A DNA stretch of 63,140 nucleotides, the filler included, from Squatina squatina (Eukaryota), in NCBI GenBank assembly GCA_031763465.1. It is 4 parts of 4 records of this genome, joined end to end, with 100 filler letters (N's around TTAATTAATTAA, not from the genome) between each part and the next. Parts side by side here need not be neighbours in the genome. Positions count along the whole stretch, not along the records: positions 48,948 to 63,140 come from JARFOE010000001.1; 3 more parts are not named here. One strand, given 5' to 3'. The position numbers were made by a program, and so were the translations under genes. A model generated the notes under the pieces. It saw nothing but the letters and a program-made list of their open reading frames with translations. It ran no database searches and had not been told where the DNA came from. This document shows, in pieces, positions 60,121 to 63,140 of this stretch (positions are counted from its first letter, which is position 1; the number at the start of each line of letters is the position of its first letter).

Positions 60121-62523
60121 CATTACACCAAACAGTACATTTACCCAAANNNNNNNNNNNNNNNNNNNNNNNNNNNNNNNNNNNNNNNNNNNNNNNNNNN
60201 NNNNNNNNNNNNNNNNNNNNNNNNNNNNNNNNNNNNNNNNNNNNNNNNNATTCGTCAGATTAATTTACACCATGATTGGTCAACCGTGTTCGAGTGTTTG
60301 GATTGGTTGCATAACTATAATGTGGCCAGTCGAGAAAGATGACTTTCTATAGTTAGACCATGTTGCTAAAGTTAATATATCAAGAATCTACCTTTCACAA
60401 AACAGGGATCAAAAGGTGAGTTGCAGAATTTGATAGCTATTACCCTCCTTTAAACAAAACGACTACCGTAATATCAGAGATAATTTTATTCTAAATTTGA
60501 CACAGTGCCTATCTTGTTGCAGAAGTTTCATTATTTATACATCTCTTGATAGACATAGGATAGTAAGGCAGTGAGAACTAAGCAGCGCAGTAACCTAGGA
60601 GATGGTCACATGTACTGCTTTAAGACTCCTACCCGAATGAATCACTTGCAGTCAGATTACCGATTCGCTTACTGTTTTCCTTTGATGAGAAATAACTTCT
60701 TGAAGAAAAATACCTTTGACTACCACGGACCCAGAGTGTTGGATTTGCTCTACCGTAGCATATTTTACGAGGCTACTACAGTTACAATGAACATGGACTG
60801 AGAAAGAGAAACAGTTCAGAACAATCAATTTGAACACAACGGATTTTGGATTACATTAGCAGTGAAAGGTAAATTCTGAAATAAATAAGCATGCTAATTA
60901 TTTTAAAAGAATTATTCCTTAAATGTTCAATGTTTCTGTTTATTTTAATGTCCCTATGGGAAGTCGTTTTTATCATGTGGGCTGGAGAATAAAATGTCCT
61001 GGACTACAGACGTCCCCCGATTATAAACAATTCTGCTCCGTGGTTGTCTGACAGGAGGTGAGTGCATTGTAAGGCAATGAAAAAGCTGCGTGTTATTTAT
61101 TCAAAAAATTGTAAAACTGTAATGGCTAGATTTAATTTTGAATTCCAATGTTTACTAATAAATATTTTAGTTTAATCTGTATCACTCGTAATTCTGTAAA
61201 TATCAAAGTCAGTAGCAAATTTGATATCCATATAGAAAGCTTTATTCAGAATGTGACATTGTACATTGCCCCACTACTAAACAGCACATGCNNNNNNNNN
61301 NNNNNNNNNNNNNNNNNNNNNNNNNNNNNNNNNNNNNNNNNNNNNNNNNNNNNNNNNNNNNNNNNNNNNNNNNNNNNNNNNNNNNNNNNNNNNNNNNNNN
61401 NNNNNNNNNNNNNNNNNNNNNNNNNNNNNNNNNNNNNNNNNNNNNNNNNNNNNNNNNNNNNNNNNNNNNNNNNNNNNNNNNNNNNNNNNNNNNNNNNNNN
61501 NNNNNNNNNNNNNNNNNNNNNNNNNNNNNNNNNNNNNNNNNNNNNNNNNNNNNNNNNNNNNNNNNNNNNNNNNNNNNNNNNNNNNNNNNNNNNNNNNNNN
61601 NNNNNNNNNNNNNNNNNNNNNNNNNNNNNNNNNNNNNNNNNNNNNNNNNNNNNNNNNNNNNNNNNNNNNNNNNNNNNNNNNNNNNNNNNNNNNNNNNNNN
61701 NNNNNNNNNNNNNNNNNNNNNNNNNNNNNNNNNNNNNNNNNNNNNNNNNNNNNNNNNNNNNNNNNNNNNNNNNNNNNNNNNNNNNNNNNNNNNNNNNNNN
61801 NNNNNNNNNNNNNNNNNNNNNNNNNNNNNNNNNNNNNNNNNNNNNNNNNNNNNNNNNNNNNNNNNNNNNNNNNNNNNNNNNNNNNNNNNNNNNNNNNNNN
61901 NNNNNNNNNNNNNNNNNNNNNNNNNNNNNNNNNNNNNNNNNNNNNNNNNNNNNNNNNNNNNNNNNNNNNNNNNNNNNNNNNNNNNNNNNNNNNNNNNNNN
62001 TCTGATTTTCTTCTTTCTTTTACATGTTGATATTCACTGTATACAGCATATTCTGGCCTGGTGATACTGACGCTTACTAAACTAAATTGGAATCGTCGAT
62101 GAGGTGACAACTGACAAGTAACCACATCAGACAAGTGATGGTTAGAACTTTCTATATCAGTTGCAACTCTGAGGGGATGTGTACATGTAATATGAGATAC
62201 CATGATGATTATTAGATCTTCTATTTTGGAGAACTGCACCAAGTATTTAGAAGAAAATTTAGAAGAAAGTATAAACAACGACAATTGAACAGCAGCAATA
62301 ATATGACTGATGGAACATTGGATAAACTACATCTGAGTTGGTTCATTTTGAATTATTATATTTCAGTCGTGAATGTTAAAGCATCAAAATGGGGTTGGAA
62401 GCTGGCTAGGAAGAGAATTCTTATAGAAGCAGCTTTTCTTCAATTGCACCTGGATGATCTCACTGAGCCATTCACTTATTAAAAAATTCACAGAGGCGGG
62501 TAGTTGAAGTTACATTTGATGTG

Positions 62524-62776
62524 ATGCCCAATCACCTGAAGAAAGCTCTCTTTTCCATGGCTGCTATTGTAAGTTTTGTTTCTGTAATCCTGCTGACTGT
62601 GGCACTTGGGACAACACAATGGGTGACTGGTACAATTCTGTGCAAAACTGGGGCTGATATTGTAAATGCCACTGATCCAGAAATGGCAAAGTTTATGGGA
62701 CATCTTTACTATGGATTATTCCAGGGACGAAAAATACGACAATGTGGTCTTGGAGGACGGTGCTCTAAAATCACAA
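62524..62776 (+). CDS. CLRN2: Clarin-2 coding exon 1
   Basis: [18 protein letters not shown]...[47 protein letters not shown], 253 nt with a phase-1 donor a|gtaatt. DxVNATD, YYGLF and GLGGR favour CLRN2 over CLRN1, as does the position next to QDPR. Confidence 0.9.
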
Positions 62777-63140
62777 GTAATTATGGCAGATTTGCAGAAA
62801 ATGATTTTGTTGCTTTTAACTTGTTATTTAGGTGGGAATTGGGCACACTCACCTTTCACTTCTGGAGCTCAAGAATCCAGCCAGAATGATGGGAATGAAA
62901 CTTCCACTGCCTGCTGGCTTTAAGGGTCTGATTTTAAAATTAGTTTGAGCAGTCTCGGTTTGCACAAGGCATCAGAAACTGCTCCAAATTTGACATTAGT
63001 TAGCAACCCAACTCAGAGAAGTCACAGGATGCCTCATGGGGGAAATAGAAAAATGTTACCCTGGTGCAAATAGGGGGTTGGTCTTCTGAAGGTTGGGGCG
63101 AAAGGATATTGCAGTGGCGAAGAGGGAACTTCGCTCTGCA

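Noticed and set aside
61148-62284. Long ORFs of 258-335 aa
   Set aside because: Almost entirely X residues from the N gap; the same applies to other gap-spanning ORFs.
17427-62776. Hair-cell gene cluster (CDH23 plus CLRN2)
   Set aside because: Separated by three artificial spacers, and the CDH23 contig itself looks misplaced.

Overview
Vertebrate nuclear DNA, most likely a cartilaginous fish (shark-type CR1/L2 LINEs, SacSINE1/DeuSINE-type SINEs, a shark-type GPR139-like GPCR). It is a fragmented draft: short contigs joined by 100-N gaps, plus three artificial N44-TTAATTAATTAA-N44 spacers (22318, 36447, 48892) that split it into four probably unrelated blocks. Block 1 (1-22273): androgen receptor exons 4-6 (+), two OPHN1 exons (-), a stray CDH23 exon, and two degraded copies of a viral class I fusion (env) gene whose motif order resembles paramyxovirus F. 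Block 2 (22374-36402): a decayed Tigger/pogo transposase, a SELENOK-like exon with an unusual in-frame N-terminal extension, and unidentified candidate exons. Block 3 (36503-48847, one contig): CR1 LINEs, then a two-exon GPR139-like GPCR whose ~8.7 kb intron is mostly a 33-bp pyrimidine-rich satellite whose consensus unit looks like a 3' splice site. Block 4 (48948-63140): a QDPR exon (-) and CLRN2 exon 1 (+), head-to-head. Gene calls come from manual translation and recalled homologue sequences; no database searches were run.
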